Notes: generated from the letters alone by a model not told the origin. A stretch of 64,000 nucleotides of DNA from an uncultured Spirochaetota bacterium (GCA_963827275.1 CAWHAA010000008.1:160001-224000), one strand, 5' to 3'; shown: positions 1 to 10,170, numbered from the stretch's first letter. Made by a program: numbers and translations.

Positions 1-284
1 CCAGATAATAACTCAAGAGATGATGATTTACCAGAAAGTACATTCGAAGCCTTTTCATTAAAGAATGAAGATACAGCATAATAAATCGCCTTTCCTCCTT
101 GTGCAAGGGTTTTGGCATCATATTTTCCAGAATTAAATCTATCTAAAAACTTTTCTTTAGCTTGGAACATTTTATCTTTTGCATCATCAGCTGCATCTTT
201 TAGTAACTGACTAATTGGATCGGGCTTAGGATTTGGTTCAAGACCTTTGGGATAAATTTTACTTTCTAGGAATGTGCCCCCGCC
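1..284 (-). pseudogene. AT-rich open frame running off the window edge (GGTFLESKIYPKGLEPNPKPDPISQLLKDAADDAKDKMFQAK...), function unknown
   Basis: Manual translation: stop-free on the minus strand from a TAA near 285 to base 1; AT-rich relative to neighbours; first in-frame ATG is internal (MFQAK). Confidence 0.45.
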
Positions 285-339
285 TTAGAGTCGGCCCAGG
301 TGACACAATGCTTTTTATCAGCAATTACTTCCTCTTAGA

Positions 340-380
340 TTAAGCCCCTCCAGCAGAAAAAGCGCTGGACAGGGGCTTAA
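340..380. repeat. Inverted repeat downstream of the IS91-like transposase, candidate subterminal hairpin
   Basis: TTAAGCCCCT-CCAGC ... GCTGG-AC-AGGGGCTTAA: perfect 10-bp outer arms plus 5-bp inner arms. Confidence 0.6.
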
Positions 381-509
381 AATTTCGCGCGCGCCGGAAA
401 AATGAGAAAAATTTTTGAAAAGCTGAAACGAATGCCCACCCGCAGAATAGAACAACAGCGGTTTGTCAAAATAGCAAGAAATTTTCGGGAATTATTGAGA
501 GAAATCAAA

Positions 510-1807
510 CATCACGGCCCTTTCTTCATCCTGAAATACCCGCCGTACAAGAAGATGTGTTTTCCAGAGTTTCCGCCACTCCCGGTCCGCAAAAAAGGCA
601 AAAACAGATGATTCGATCATTTCTGCACCACAGTCGGGGCATATCTCCGGATTTTTGTCGAATGAGCTCTATGGCTTTCGCCCAGGTCTTTCGTTGTTAT
701 CTCGTCTAACTTTTTGCTTAATTCCATGCGCGTATATCCCGTAATATCGTATCGCTTTTTCCCGGCATAATTGCGGCATCCTGCCGCATGCCGGGACTTC
801 GGCATCCATGCCTCAGCCATTTCCGGAAGAGAAGAGCATCCGGGCCATGAATTCGAAGATGTCAATGGTCATTTCAGAGATAGGTCTTTTCCTTCGTATT
901 ACGGTCAACCCAGCTCTTGTATCTGAATGTTATTTTCCTGTTACCATGGTCAACGCCCGTTATCATGCTGTTGTGGAAGTATCCGGCCGCAAGGTATTCC
1001 GCAGTGCGAAATAAAACTTCGTTATTCGTGCCGATTAATCGGCTGTAGATGAACATGAAAGCCGTTTTTATATTTGCTCCCTGATTGTGCGAACTTCTTC
1101 TTCGGTATAATATCCCATGTTTTCGGAATAGGCGAAGTACGGCATTCATCCATGAAAAGCGGATTCTTCGGTAGTTCAGGAGCGGTGAGCGGAGTATCTC
1201 TCCTGTTAATGTATTCACCAGCTCCCGTGTGCCGATCAGGTGCACATGCGGATTGTAGTTCAGGGCGTTACCGCATTTGTGCAGCGTGGCGATGCTGCCT
1301 GATTGCCATTCTTTTCCGGGATTTCCCGCGCTTTTCAGGAGTTCCTTCCAGTACACGCCCGATGCGGTGGTGATGAGGTCCTCGCACGGGAAACGTTTCT
1401 CGAAGAGCGCCCGGATCACCGGTCCGGGAAGGGTGAAGGTGACGTGGAAATGGGACAGAGTCGTGTGCATGACCTCCGATAGTGATTCATGACCAGCCGA
1501 ACAGCTTTTTCCGGTAGCAGGAGCAGACAGAGCCGCGATTTGCAGGTGAAGGGCACCATGAGGATCGTGCCGCACTCCGGGCAGACGTGCTTGCGGAACA
1601 ACCGTTTCGGTAGTCTCCACAAGAAAGGAGCTTAAGTAACCTCGATAGCATTGCTCTTCTGACAGATCGCCATAGAGCGGGCGCAAAGTTTTCCGGATAT
1701 TGCTCCCTGAATTCATGCCAGTATCGCCGCCATACTCCCTTGTAGAGGGACTGCCTGTCCATCCCGGGCCGGTAGGACGGCGCGATGTCGCTTGTCCGCA
1801 GGTACAT
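510..1807 (-). mobile_element. IS91-family (HUH, rolling-circle) transposase, multiply frameshifted; ends approximate
   Basis: Fragments over several frames: LLSCGD, HVCPECG...PFTCKSRLC (Zn-binding N-terminus), HFHVTFTLP, YNPHVH (HUH), ITFRYK, late CPDCG. Confidence 0.8.
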
Positions 1808-1909
1808 GAACGGGGGACGAGCGGGAATATCGAATGATGGAAAACTATTTCCTGTGCGCCCCCTCTGGGGGTCGGGGGGTAATTCGCGCCCCCATGTCGC
1901 GGGAGCCGG

Positions 1910-1927
1910 GGCGGGTCAAAACCCGCC
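1910..1927 (-). terminator. GC-rich hairpin directly after the lysS stop
   Basis: GGCGGGT-CAAA-ACCCGCC; no clear U-tract. Confidence 0.35.
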
Positions 1928-1928
1928 G

Positions 1929-3432
1929 TCAGTCCTGCGGCCGCATCGTGGGGAAGAGGAGCACGTCGCGGATCGAGGTCTCTCCCGTGAGGAGCATGAC
2001 GACCCGGTCGATGCCGATGCCGAGGCCGCCGGTGGGCGGCATGCCGGTCTCGATCGCCTGCACGAAGTTCTCGTCCATGGGCGGCGCTTCCTCGTCGACC
2101 GCGCGCCGGAGCGACTGCTCGTACAGGGTCTTCCGCTGGAAGACCGGGTCGTTCGATTCGCTGTAGGCGTTGGCGATCTCCGTGCCGTTGATGAAGAGCT
2201 CGAAGCGCTGGAGGAAGCGCTCGTCGTCGTAGTCGGGCTTGCACAGCGGCGTGGTCTCCACCGGGTGGTGCGTGATGAATACCGGCTGGACGAGCTTGTC
2301 TTCCACTAAAAGCTTGAAGAGCTCGTCGATGGCCAGGCCGCGGACGAAGCCGCCCTTGAGGTGGCCGTCCCTCTTATCGAGTTCCGCTTTAAGCTCGTCG
2401 TCGCTCATGGCCATGACGTCGATGCCGGCGTATTCTTTCAGGGCGTCCGTCACCTTGAGCCGCCGCCAGGGGGTCTTCAGGTCGATCTCCTTTCCCTCGC
2501 AGGCCACGGCCGTGGTGCCGTTCACCGCGAGCGCGGTCTGGCTCGATGATCTCCTCGGTGATCGCCATCATGTCGTTGAAATCGGCGTAGGCCTGGTAGA
2601 GCTCGAGCATGGTGAACTCGGGGTTGTGCGTGCGGTCGATCCCCTCGTTGCGGAAGCACTTGCCGATTTCATAGACGCGGTCGAACCCCCCGACGATAAG
2701 GCGCTTGAGGTAGGGCTCGAGCGAGATGCGCAGGTAGAGCGTTATGTCGAGCGCGTTGTGGCGCGAGGTGAAGGGCGCGGCCGCGGCGCCGCCGTAAACC
2801 GGCTGGAGCACCGGCGTCTCGACTTCCTGGAAATTCTTCCCGTCCAGGATCTTCTTGATCTGCCTGATGATCGCGATCCGCTTGAGGAAGGTCTCCTTCA
2901 CCCCGGGCGTCACGATCAGGTCCACGTGGCGGTTCCGGTAGCGCAGCTCCTTGTCAGCGAAGGCGTCGAAGACCTCGCCGTCCTTCTCCTTGACCACGGG
3001 GAGCGGCCGTATGTTTTTTGACAGGAGCGTCAGCGAGGTGATGAAGACCGTTATCTCGCCCGTCCTGGTCTTCTTCACCGGGCCTTTCACGCCGATGATG
3101 TCGCCGATGTCGAGCTTCTTGAAGAGCCGGTAGCTCTCCTCGCCGATGGCGTTCACCGCGACGTAGAGCTGTATCCTGCCGTCCCGGTCCTGAATGGTGC
3201 AGAAGCTGGCCTTCCCCATCTCGCGGACCGTCATGATGCGCCCGGCGATGCTGACGGTCTTTTCGGGCACGAGCGTTTCGTCGAAGCCGGCGATGATATC
3301 GGCCGAATAATCCGTCACATCGTATTTATACGGAAAGGGATTTATGCCGAGATCTTCGCGTATCTCTTTCAGCTTGTCTTTCCGTATCTTGATAAGAGCG
3401 CTTTCCTCTTCCATCGGACCATCCAGTCGCAT
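1929..3432 (-). CDS. lysS: Lysine-tRNA ligase class II, split by a 1-nt insertion near 2544
   Basis: OB-fold IAGRIM...[24 protein letters not shown] (motif 2), [14 protein letters not shown] (motif 3), SIRDVLLFP; ORFs 2389..3432 and 1929..2525 join as [13 protein letters not shown]. Confidence 0.95.
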
Positions 3433-3735
3433 TATTTTTGAAACACCGCCGGTGTTCGCACCCGCTGCGTAATCATCTTTTGAACAGAGTATGATGTGTC
3501 AAATTGTTTTTTCTTTGAAATAGGTAAACTAATACCCGTTATTGTCGGTTTTCAATCCCGCCGGCACGGAAAAATTCTTGAATATATCAAAAAAACGGAT
3601 CACTTTTGCGCCGGTTCAGGTCTAATTAATTTGAATTTTATATTTTTTTATTTACTAATTTGCCGCGGTTCCATTCTGTTGCTTTGATTTGCGCGGCCAT
3701 CGGTTATATATTGTTTCAGGAATATAACGGGCCGC

Positions 3736-4722
3736 ATGGAGGACGTGAGAATGAAAAGATGCGCTGGTATAATCGGCAACGCGATGGCAATCGCGCTGTT
3801 TTGTATTGCCGGCTCTTCAGAGAGTTACGCCAGGATATATAAGGTCGCTTCAATTGAAGGCGAAAAACCCGCTTCCGATGCCGCTGCACAGCAGGAGCCT
3901 GAAGCCGTTAAGGAGTTTTATCCTTCCGGGAAGCTTAAATCCGAAACGCCGTTTGTAAACGGAAATATCCATGGCACCAGGAAGAGCTATTTTGAAAGCG
4001 GCGTTCTCCAGAAAGAAGAAGAGTACCGGGACGGCCGGCGTGAAGGCGTTTCACGGGAATATTATGAGGACGGCGTGCTGAAAAATTACGAGACGTTCAA
4101 AGACGACCGGTTGAACGGCGAATGCTACATGAACTACCCCGGCGGCCAGAGGATCATGGCCGGGCAATGCGCGGACGGCAGGAAGACCGGGAAGTGGACG
4201 CTTTTCCATAATAACGGCAATAAATATATGGAGGGAAACTACGCTGACGGCATGATGCAGGGGCCGTGGCGGTCTTTCTCTCCGGACGGGTGGCTTGATT
4301 CCGAGGGGGAATATCAAAACGGGTCACAGTCAGGGATATGGACCTATTACGACAAGGCCAGGAGAGTCGCCAGGAAGCTGACACTGAAGGACGGAGTGAT
4401 TGACGGGATGTGCTGGATATACCGGCAGGGCAGGCTTGTGGGGGAGGGGACCATGACCGGGCAGTCGCATAATCCCGTACGGCACGGTGTATGGAAGTCA
4501 TATTATAAAAACGGGCAACTTAGATATGAGGGTCTCTTTGCAATGGGAGTGAAGAACGGGCCGTTCAAGGAATATTACCCCACCTCCAACAGCAGGGCGG
4601 CGGGAGAGTATGTGAACAACAAGCGGAACGGCAACTGGGTCTTCTATGACAGGGACGGTAAAACTGTTGACGAGGTGAAATCGGGCCTGTATACCATGGG
4701 CAAGCTTTTTAAAAAAACGTAA
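3736..4722 (+). CDS. Secreted MORN-variant repeat protein (YwqK-like)
   Basis: Signal-peptide-like N-terminus; many ~24-aa repeats of form Y.NG.....G.Y.DG...G.W. Confidence 0.8.
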   Translation: MEDVRMKRCAGIIGNAMAIALFCIAGSSESYARIYKVASIEGEKPASDAAAQQEPEAVKEFYPSGKLKSETPFVNGNIHGTRKSYFESGVLQKEEEYRDGRREGVSREYYEDGVLKNYETFKDDRLNGECYMNYPGGQRIMAGQCADGRKTGKWTLFHNNGNKYMEGNYADGMMQGPWRSFSPDGWLDSEGEYQNGSQSGIWTYYDKARRVARKLTLKDGVIDGMCWIYRQGRLVGEGTMTGQSHNPVRHGVWKSYYKNGQLRYEGLFAMGVKNGPFKEYYPTSNSRAAGEYVNNKRNGNWVFYDRDGKTVDEVKSGLYTMGKLFKKT

Positions 4723-4893
4723 TTGTTGGCGGCTTCCAATTCTTTTAACAATCCTTTCTCGTTTTATTGAAATTAATGATTCGTGCCCTTTCAGGGGCCG
4801 GGCGGTAATTAATACACTGATAGATGTAACTATCCCCCCCTCTTTATTTTCAAAATACTGTTTGAAAATAAACACCCGGATTGTATATACATT

Positions 4894-6159
4894 ATGATGC
4901 ATGATATCGTGGCATATGAAGGGATCGGGGCATTTCACGGAGTGGTCCTGTTCGCGGTCTATTCCTTTATCGGATGGATCATTGAGGTCATCTACCGGTC
5001 GGCGAGACAGCGCACCTTCATCAATGCCGGGTTTCTCCACGGTACGTTTATCCCCATATACGGATTCGGCGCTCTCTTCATCATCATCCTTCATTATTTT
5101 ATCCATAGCCTCCCCGGCATACTGCAGCTGGCGGTCTATGGCGTTGTGCTGACCTCGGTGGAATACGCAGTCGGCTTCCTCTTTGAAAAGATATTCAACC
5201 TGAAGCTCTGGGACTATTCAGACAATAAATTCAACATCCACGGGAGGATCTGTCTCCTGTTTTCTCTCTTCTGGACCGCGCTGGCCTTCATCTTCGTCAG
5301 CTATATCCATCCGGTCGTTGTGCGGTACCTGGCCATGGTGAACGAGCCGTTTTTACAGGTCGCCTCCGTCCTCTTTCTCGCCTACATGGCGGTGGACTTC
5401 GCGTTTTCTGTCGGCTCAATCACGGCGTTCAGGAGCAGGATCGGGTATCTGTATGCCGAATATTTTAACCTGAGCAATGTGGAAATAGAGAAAATTTTCA
5501 ACTCATTCCGGCGTCTCAGGAACGCGTTCCCCCATCTCAACCGGTATATCGACAACAAGATTAATATCGAAATAAAGAACAGGGTCAATTCAATGATTAA
5601 GTCGGTCCAGGAAAAGATATTTCTGGACCTGGAGGGGAGAAAGCCCTTTGAAAAGGAATTCTATGACATCGTGCGCGATATTTACGGCCATGAAGAGTTC
5701 GTGAAGCTCAAGGAGTTCTTCCATCACAATTCCTCCATTTACGCCCACGTGAGGGACGTCGCCTATTTCTCCTACCGCGTGTGCAAGCTGTTAAAGCTTG
5801 ACTACCGCTCCGCGGCGCGCGGCGCGATGCTCCATGACTTTTTCCTGTATGACTGGCGGAACCATACCGAGCCTGAGCTGGCAAAGGAAAAATACCACGG
5901 GATCGAGCATCCCCGGATCGCACTTGAGAACGCTGAAAAATACTTCACGCTTAACAATATCGAGCGTGACATCATCGTGAAGCACATGTGGCCCCTCACC
6001 CTGGTCCCGCCGAGGTACAAGGAGTCGTTCATCGTGACGTTCGCCGACAAGTACCTGTCGTCGAAAGAGTTCCTGGATGAGTTCAAAAAATCGCGTGAAC
6101 TGAAACAGGGCCGCAAGCCCCGGGTGAAGCGCCGGGCCGTGCCTGAAGGACCGGAGTAG
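4894..6159 (+). CDS. CmpB/TMEM229-type membrane domain fused to an HD phosphohydrolase
   Basis: GWIIEV, GFLHGTFIPIYGFG, LWDYSDNKFNIHGRICL; C-terminal AHV...RGAMLHDFFLYDW...HGIEHP...HMWP...ADK. Confidence 0.8.
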   Translation: MMHDIVAYEGIGAFHGVVLFAVYSFIGWIIEVIYRSARQRTFINAGFLHGTFIPIYGFGALFIIILHYFIHSLPGILQLAVYGVVLTSVEYAVGFLFEKIFNLKLWDYSDNKFNIHGRICLLFSLFWTALAFIFVSYIHPVVVRYLAMVNEPFLQVASVLFLAYMAVDFAFSVGSITAFRSRIGYLYAEYFNLSNVEIEKIFNSFRRLRNAFPHLNRYIDNKINIEIKNRVNSMIKSVQEKIFLDLEGRKPFEKEFYDIVRDIYGHEEFVKLKEFFHHNSSIYAHVRDVAYFSYRVCKLLKLDYRSAARGAMLHDFFLYDWRNHTEPELAKEKYHGIEHPRIALENAEKYFTLNNIERDIIVKHMWPLTLVPPRYKESFIVTFADKYLSSKEFLDEFKKSRELKQGRKPRVKRRAVPEGPE

Positions 6160-6278
6160 ATTGCCAGGCCGCCGGGAGGGGAAAAGCTTGTTTCACGCAA
6201 TTTGTTCTTGATTTTACCATGACCGCCGACGGTACACTATCAAACAGCAGTTTGTTATGGAATGGCAAGTGAGGATGT

Positions 6279-6800
6279 ATGCCCACCGCAGATGAATTGA
6301 TCGCGCTGCTCCATCTCGAGCCGCTCCGGATCGAGGGGGGCTATTTTATCGAGACCTACCGGTCTGGCGAGACCGTCCCCCGCGCGGCCCTTGCGGACCG
6401 CTATTCCGGCCCGCGCTCGATCTCGACCGCGATATACTACCTGCTCACGCCCGGCACCTTTTCGGAGCTGCACCGGGTCAGCTCCGACGAGATATTTCAT
6501 TTTTACCTCGGCGACCCTGTCGAGATGCTCGAGCTGTTTCCCGATGGGTCCGGGAGGAGGAGCGTGCTCGGGAGCGACATCCCTGGCGGACAGCGCCCCC
6601 AGCATGTTGTGCCGGCAGGGGTGTGGCAGGGGACACGGCTCATCGACGGGGGGAGCGTTGCCCTCATGGGAACGACCGTGGCGCCGGGGTTCTCGTATGA
6701 TGATTACCTGTCGGGTGACAGGGATGACCTCGCGGGAAGGTATCCGATGTTTAAAGATATGATCGGGAAACTTACCAAGAGAATCATCGGGAATGAATAA
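6279..6800 (+). CDS. Cupin superfamily protein (DUF985/Cupin_5)
   Basis: EGGYFIETYRS, STAIYYLL, HRVSSDEIFHFYLG, VAPGF. Confidence 0.88.
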   Translation: MPTADELIALLHLEPLRIEGGYFIETYRSGETVPRAALADRYSGPRSISTAIYYLLTPGTFSELHRVSSDEIFHFYLGDPVEMLELFPDGSGRRSVLGSDIPGGQRPQHVVPAGVWQGTRLIDGGSVALMGTTVAPGFSYDDYLSGDRDDLAGRYPMFKDMIGKLTKRIIGNE

Positions 6801-6863
6801 TCCTCTTTGCTTCTATTTCCCGCTGTTTATGACTGAGTGAAATAACGCTGGCGGAGAGCTGTA

Positions 6864-7976
6864 ATGAAACAACTGCCTTTCGGGGAACAGTTTTGCACAC
6901 GGGCGCGTATCGCCGGCAGCGCGTCGGTCAGGAATGCTCCAAAGCATAAACAAACAATGCTGATAGGTGCGGCGCTGCTGGTATGCGCGGCAGTGCTGCT
7001 CGCGTCATGCAAACCCTCGCTGTCACCGGAAACAAAACGCTCTTTATTGCTGGCCATGATCGGCCAGGGAGACGTGGTCTATCATGCGGGAAACCTGCCG
7101 GTAATCATAACGGTCCCGCACGGCGGCACGGCGGCGCCGGATGACATCCCTGACCGTGTTTCGGAATGCGGGACAATCATTAACACGAATGACGATGTCA
7201 ATACCATTGACCTTGCCCTTGATATCGTGGAGGCGTTGCTGAATATTTCAGGCGGGAAATCCCCGTACGTCATCATCAACACGCTTTCGCGGCAAAAAAT
7301 TGACCAGAACAGGGGCTTCGGCGAGGATTGCAATCCGGTCAGTGGCCGGGGCGGCAGGGCGTGGCTGGATTTCCATGATCGCTTCACCGGTGAAATCGCG
7401 ATCGGCGCGGTGCTGGAGCGGTTTGGCGCGGGGCTGTATATCGACCTCCATGGAAAGCCTGACAACTACGGGGAAACGATAATGGTTGGATACAACCTGA
7501 GCGCGACCGCCCTTTCCGAAACGGACGGGATACTCAATGATCCTGTGAACGGGTACGCGGAAAAAAGCACCCTCCGGTTTTTGTCGGTGGCTGCCGGTCC
7601 GGGGATCGATTTCGCCGGATTGCTGCGCGGCAATGTAAGTGGTCATGAGAGCTTCGGATCACTGTTGCAGGAAGGGATTGACGAGCTTAATGCGAGCTAT
7701 GCCAGGGACTATACCGTTGCGCCCGGCGCCGCCATTCCGTCGCCGAACCTGCTGTTCTACATGGGCGGCGGTTACAACGTCCAGGCATTCTGCGGGGTAA
7801 CTGACAGCGATTTTGACAACCAGTACGGCTATACCGCTTCGCGCTTCATCAGCGGGTTCCAGCTCGAGGTCTGTCGTGAGATAAGGGATTCGGAGCCGCT
7901 CCGGAGGGACTTTGCGCGCAAGGTTGCGGAGGCAATTCAAGACTATCTCGACCGGCACTACGATATACAGATATAA
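6864..7976 (+). CDS. Putative lipoprotein, N-formylglutamate amidohydrolase-like Zn hydrolase
   Basis: LLAS-C lipobox-like site; VPHGG, RQKIDQNR, IDLHG, FQLE; true start probably a later Met. Confidence 0.6.
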   Translation: MKQLPFGEQFCTRARIAGSASVRNAPKHKQTMLIGAALLVCAAVLLASCKPSLSPETKRSLLLAMIGQGDVVYHAGNLPVIITVPHGGTAAPDDIPDRVSECGTIINTNDDVNTIDLALDIVEALLNISGGKSPYVIINTLSRQKIDQNRGFGEDCNPVSGRGGRAWLDFHDRFTGEIAIGAVLERFGAGLYIDLHGKPDNYGETIMVGYNLSATALSETDGILNDPVNGYAEKSTLRFLSVAAGPGIDFAGLLRGNVSGHESFGSLLQEGIDELNASYARDYTVAPGAAIPSPNLLFYMGGGYNVQAFCGVTDSDFDNQYGYTASRFISGFQLEVCREIRDSEPLRRDFARKVAEAIQDYLDRHYDIQI

Positions 7977-8044
7977 CCGGTTGACCGGGCAGACGATGAG
8001 ATGATACGATCAGTATGGTATCTCGAAGGGACTTGAAAATAACA

Positions 8045-8077
8045 GGAGAATCAGCGCTTGTATCACGCTGATTCTCC
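8045..8077 (-). terminator. Intrinsic terminator between convergent genes
   Basis: GGAGAATCAGCG-9 nt-CGCTGATTCTCC, followed by TGTTATTTT on the minus strand. Confidence 0.7.
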
Positions 8078-8096
8078 CGGCAATTTGTCTGGTTGC

Positions 8097-8819
8097 TTAC
8101 TCGTTGTTGCTGTTGTTGAACGCGTCAAGCGCGTCCTTGATTGTGAGCATCCGGGATTTTCCGCAGTTGTCTATCAGGCATGCGTCCGCCGCGTCAATGG
8201 ACCCCTGAATGCTGGTATCGGCGCCCGAAAGGAGATTGAGTTTTGCCGCTATCAGGTGCTTGATCATAATGACTTTTGCGTCGCCTTTAACCGGCGTGTT
8301 CAGCATGACCAGGAGCTGGGCTTTCGTATATTCCGCATTGCCGAGCGTCAGGTATTCCACCGGCCACATCTCGGCATGGTTTTTCCAGTACCCCGGTGTC
8401 CGCGGATCAAAAGCCGGGATGCATCCGCACACCAGCGTTACGGGAGCGAGATCAAGCATGTCGCTTACTTCGCCGTTGCACATCAGGGAAAGAGTCCCGG
8501 TCACTGTATATTCACCGCAGGGCAGGTCTCCCCACTCGCCGGCGAAGGTACTATAGAAAAAGGCCTGCCATGGGCCGGGAACATCGAAGGTTCCATTAAT
8601 AACGATCGGCGCATTTGCAGAATTTTGCGACGTGAGGATTAATTCATACGCGACATCGCCCGCGCAACCATCACCGGTTATACCTGAATAGGTGATTGTA
8701 AAATAATCACAATCAACGCTAAGGCTGGTTCCCCAGTCAAATAATTGGTTTGCATGAGTGACAGCAGGAGCCGACAGGATGAATGCGAAAGCAATAAAAA
8801 TAAACAGATATTTTTTCAT
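8097..8819 (-). CDS. Secreted Cys-containing hypothetical protein with TPGYWKNH C-terminal domain
   Basis: Signal peptide MKKYLFIFIAFAFILSAPAVTHA; TPGYWKNH..WP...LIAAKLN; AGGGGG upstream of ATG. Confidence 0.7.
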   Translation of the reverse strand: MKKYLFIFIAFAFILSAPAVTHANQLFDWGTSLSVDCDYFTITYSGITGDGCAGDVAYELILTSQNSANAPIVINGTFDVPGPWQAFFYSTFAGEWGDLPCGEYTVTGTLSLMCNGEVSDMLDLAPVTLVCGCIPAFDPRTPGYWKNHAEMWPVEYLTLGNAEYTKAQLLVMLNTPVKGDAKVIMIKHLIAAKLNLLSGADTSIQGSIDAADACLIDNCGKSRMLTIKDALDAFNNSNNE

Positions 8820-9033
8820 AAATATCCCCCTTTAAAATTTTGAATTTTTTGCTGGAGATAGCACAAAAAATTCAATAATTGCAATTATAATTATAACAAT
8901 AAAAACCCAACGGTTTTTATATTTTATCTATAAACTATCGTAAAAGTATAGGTGGGACTCGATTAAAAAAAAGCCCGCACGTATGAATTTTATTTATTAG
9001 CAATATAATAAAAAATAGCATTTTCAGACAAGA

Positions 9034-9071
9034 AAATAATTATAATTATAATAAATAATTATAATTATAAT
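9034..9071. repeat. Perfect 19-bp tandem duplication AAATAATTATAATTATAAT x2
   Basis: 9034-9052 and 9053-9071; related AATTATAATTATAA at 8883-8896. Confidence 0.75.
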
Positions 9072-9142
9072 AAAAAAATGCATTATTTGAACAATTTTCT
9101 TTAAAATTATTAGTAAAGTCTGGTTTTTTATCCCGGATATAA

Positions 9143-9610
9143 CTATAGTGAAAATTTAAAGTTCACAATCCGGGGATGCACCAGGCTTTCAAAATCCTTG
9201 TACCGCATCTTAATGAGATCGGTATGGGTGCCGGCGTTAAAGACGATTTCATTGTCCTTCGTCAGCTCATCAGAGATGATCTCATCCATGCCGTACAGGT
9301 TCCCGAAGGGCGGCATGGCGCCCATCTCGCAATCGGTAAATTTTTTGACAAATTCGTTTTCTGCCGCCAGCTCCACATCCTGCGTCTGGAACAGCGCTTT
9401 GAGAAGGGAGATGTTCACTCTCTGGTTCGCGGTCATCACCACCATCACAAGCTTCCCGTCGATTTTGACGATAACAGGCTTCGCCATTTCATACCCGTGC
9501 ACATGGGCGACATGGGCAGTATTTGACGAGGAATAGGCGAGGGGATGATGAATTATCTCGTACTGGACATGGTTCTTTTCGAGGAACTCCTTTAATTTTT
9601 CTCCTTTCAT
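9143..9610 (-). CDS. YbaK/EbsC-family aminoacyl-tRNA editing protein
   Basis: MAKPVIVK, DCEMGAMPPFGNLYG, FNAGTH; GGAGG before ATG at 9610. Confidence 0.88.
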   Translation of the reverse strand: MKGEKLKEFLEKNHVQYEIIHHPLAYSSSNTAHVAHVHGYEMAKPVIVKIDGKLVMVVMTANQRVNISLLKALFQTQDVELAAENEFVKKFTDCEMGAMPPFGNLYGMDEIISDELTKDNEIVFNAGTHTDLIKMRYKDFESLVHPRIVNFKFSL

Positions 9611-9801
9611 GACGTGCCTCCCGGTCTGACCGTTGTATCCATAAGGTATGATAATTGCCACACAGAGTCAAAATTAATTTCATTCATGTCCCGTCATTAT
9701 TTGCAATGCCGGGAATTATTAATTATACTGATTATGCCCGTTCGAATCCATTGCGTTCTCAGGTGCCCAAAAAAAAATATAAAATCTTCAGGAGGCTGTA
9801 C

Positions 9802-10170
9802 ATGAAGGGAGCTGTTTCATTTGTCATGCTTGAAAAAAAGATGATGCACGAGATGAGAAATGAGATAAATAAAGCGGAAGATACAGCGGATTTGCTGAAG
9901 CAATTTTCAAATAGCATGAAGCGTCTCCTCGCCGATGTTTTTGAGCAGCAGCATCTCCCGGTCAACGTTAACGATGGTGATGTCATATTTGACCCGGATG
10001 AGGGGAGCTATTACAGGATCAGCGAAGAGTTAAGAGGGTCTGACGGTGTCAGGGAGCTTTTTGATTCTTCGGACCTGACAAGCATTATCCGTAAGTTCGC
10101 CGCCTCGGTCCACCGGAAGTATCTCCATCTCACGAGGCACAGGGAAAAGGCGCGGTTTAAAATCCGGTAA
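9802..10170 (+). CDS. Hypothetical protein
   Basis: AGGAGG before ATG at 9802; 122-aa ORF with no recognised motif. Confidence 0.6.
   Translation: MKGAVSFVMLEKKMMHEMRNEINKAEDTADLLKQFSNSMKRLLADVFEQQHLPVNVNDGDVIFDPDEGSYYRISEELRGSDGVRELFDSSDLTSIIRKFAASVHRKYLHLTRHREKARFKIR

Noticed and set aside
874..2244. 456-aa ORF appearing to fuse an Arg-rich region to a transposase
   Set aside because: Its first part is an off-frame reading of lysS and the intergenic DNA; only parts below about 1750 are transposase
2530..2560. Programmed ribosomal frameshift in lysS, likewise leuS near 32595
   Set aside because: No slippery sequence or stimulator; single extra bases fit sequencing error
9034..9071. CRISPR array
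   Set aside because: Two adjacent copies with no spacer and no cas genes; no repeat-spacer pattern noticed anywhere in the window
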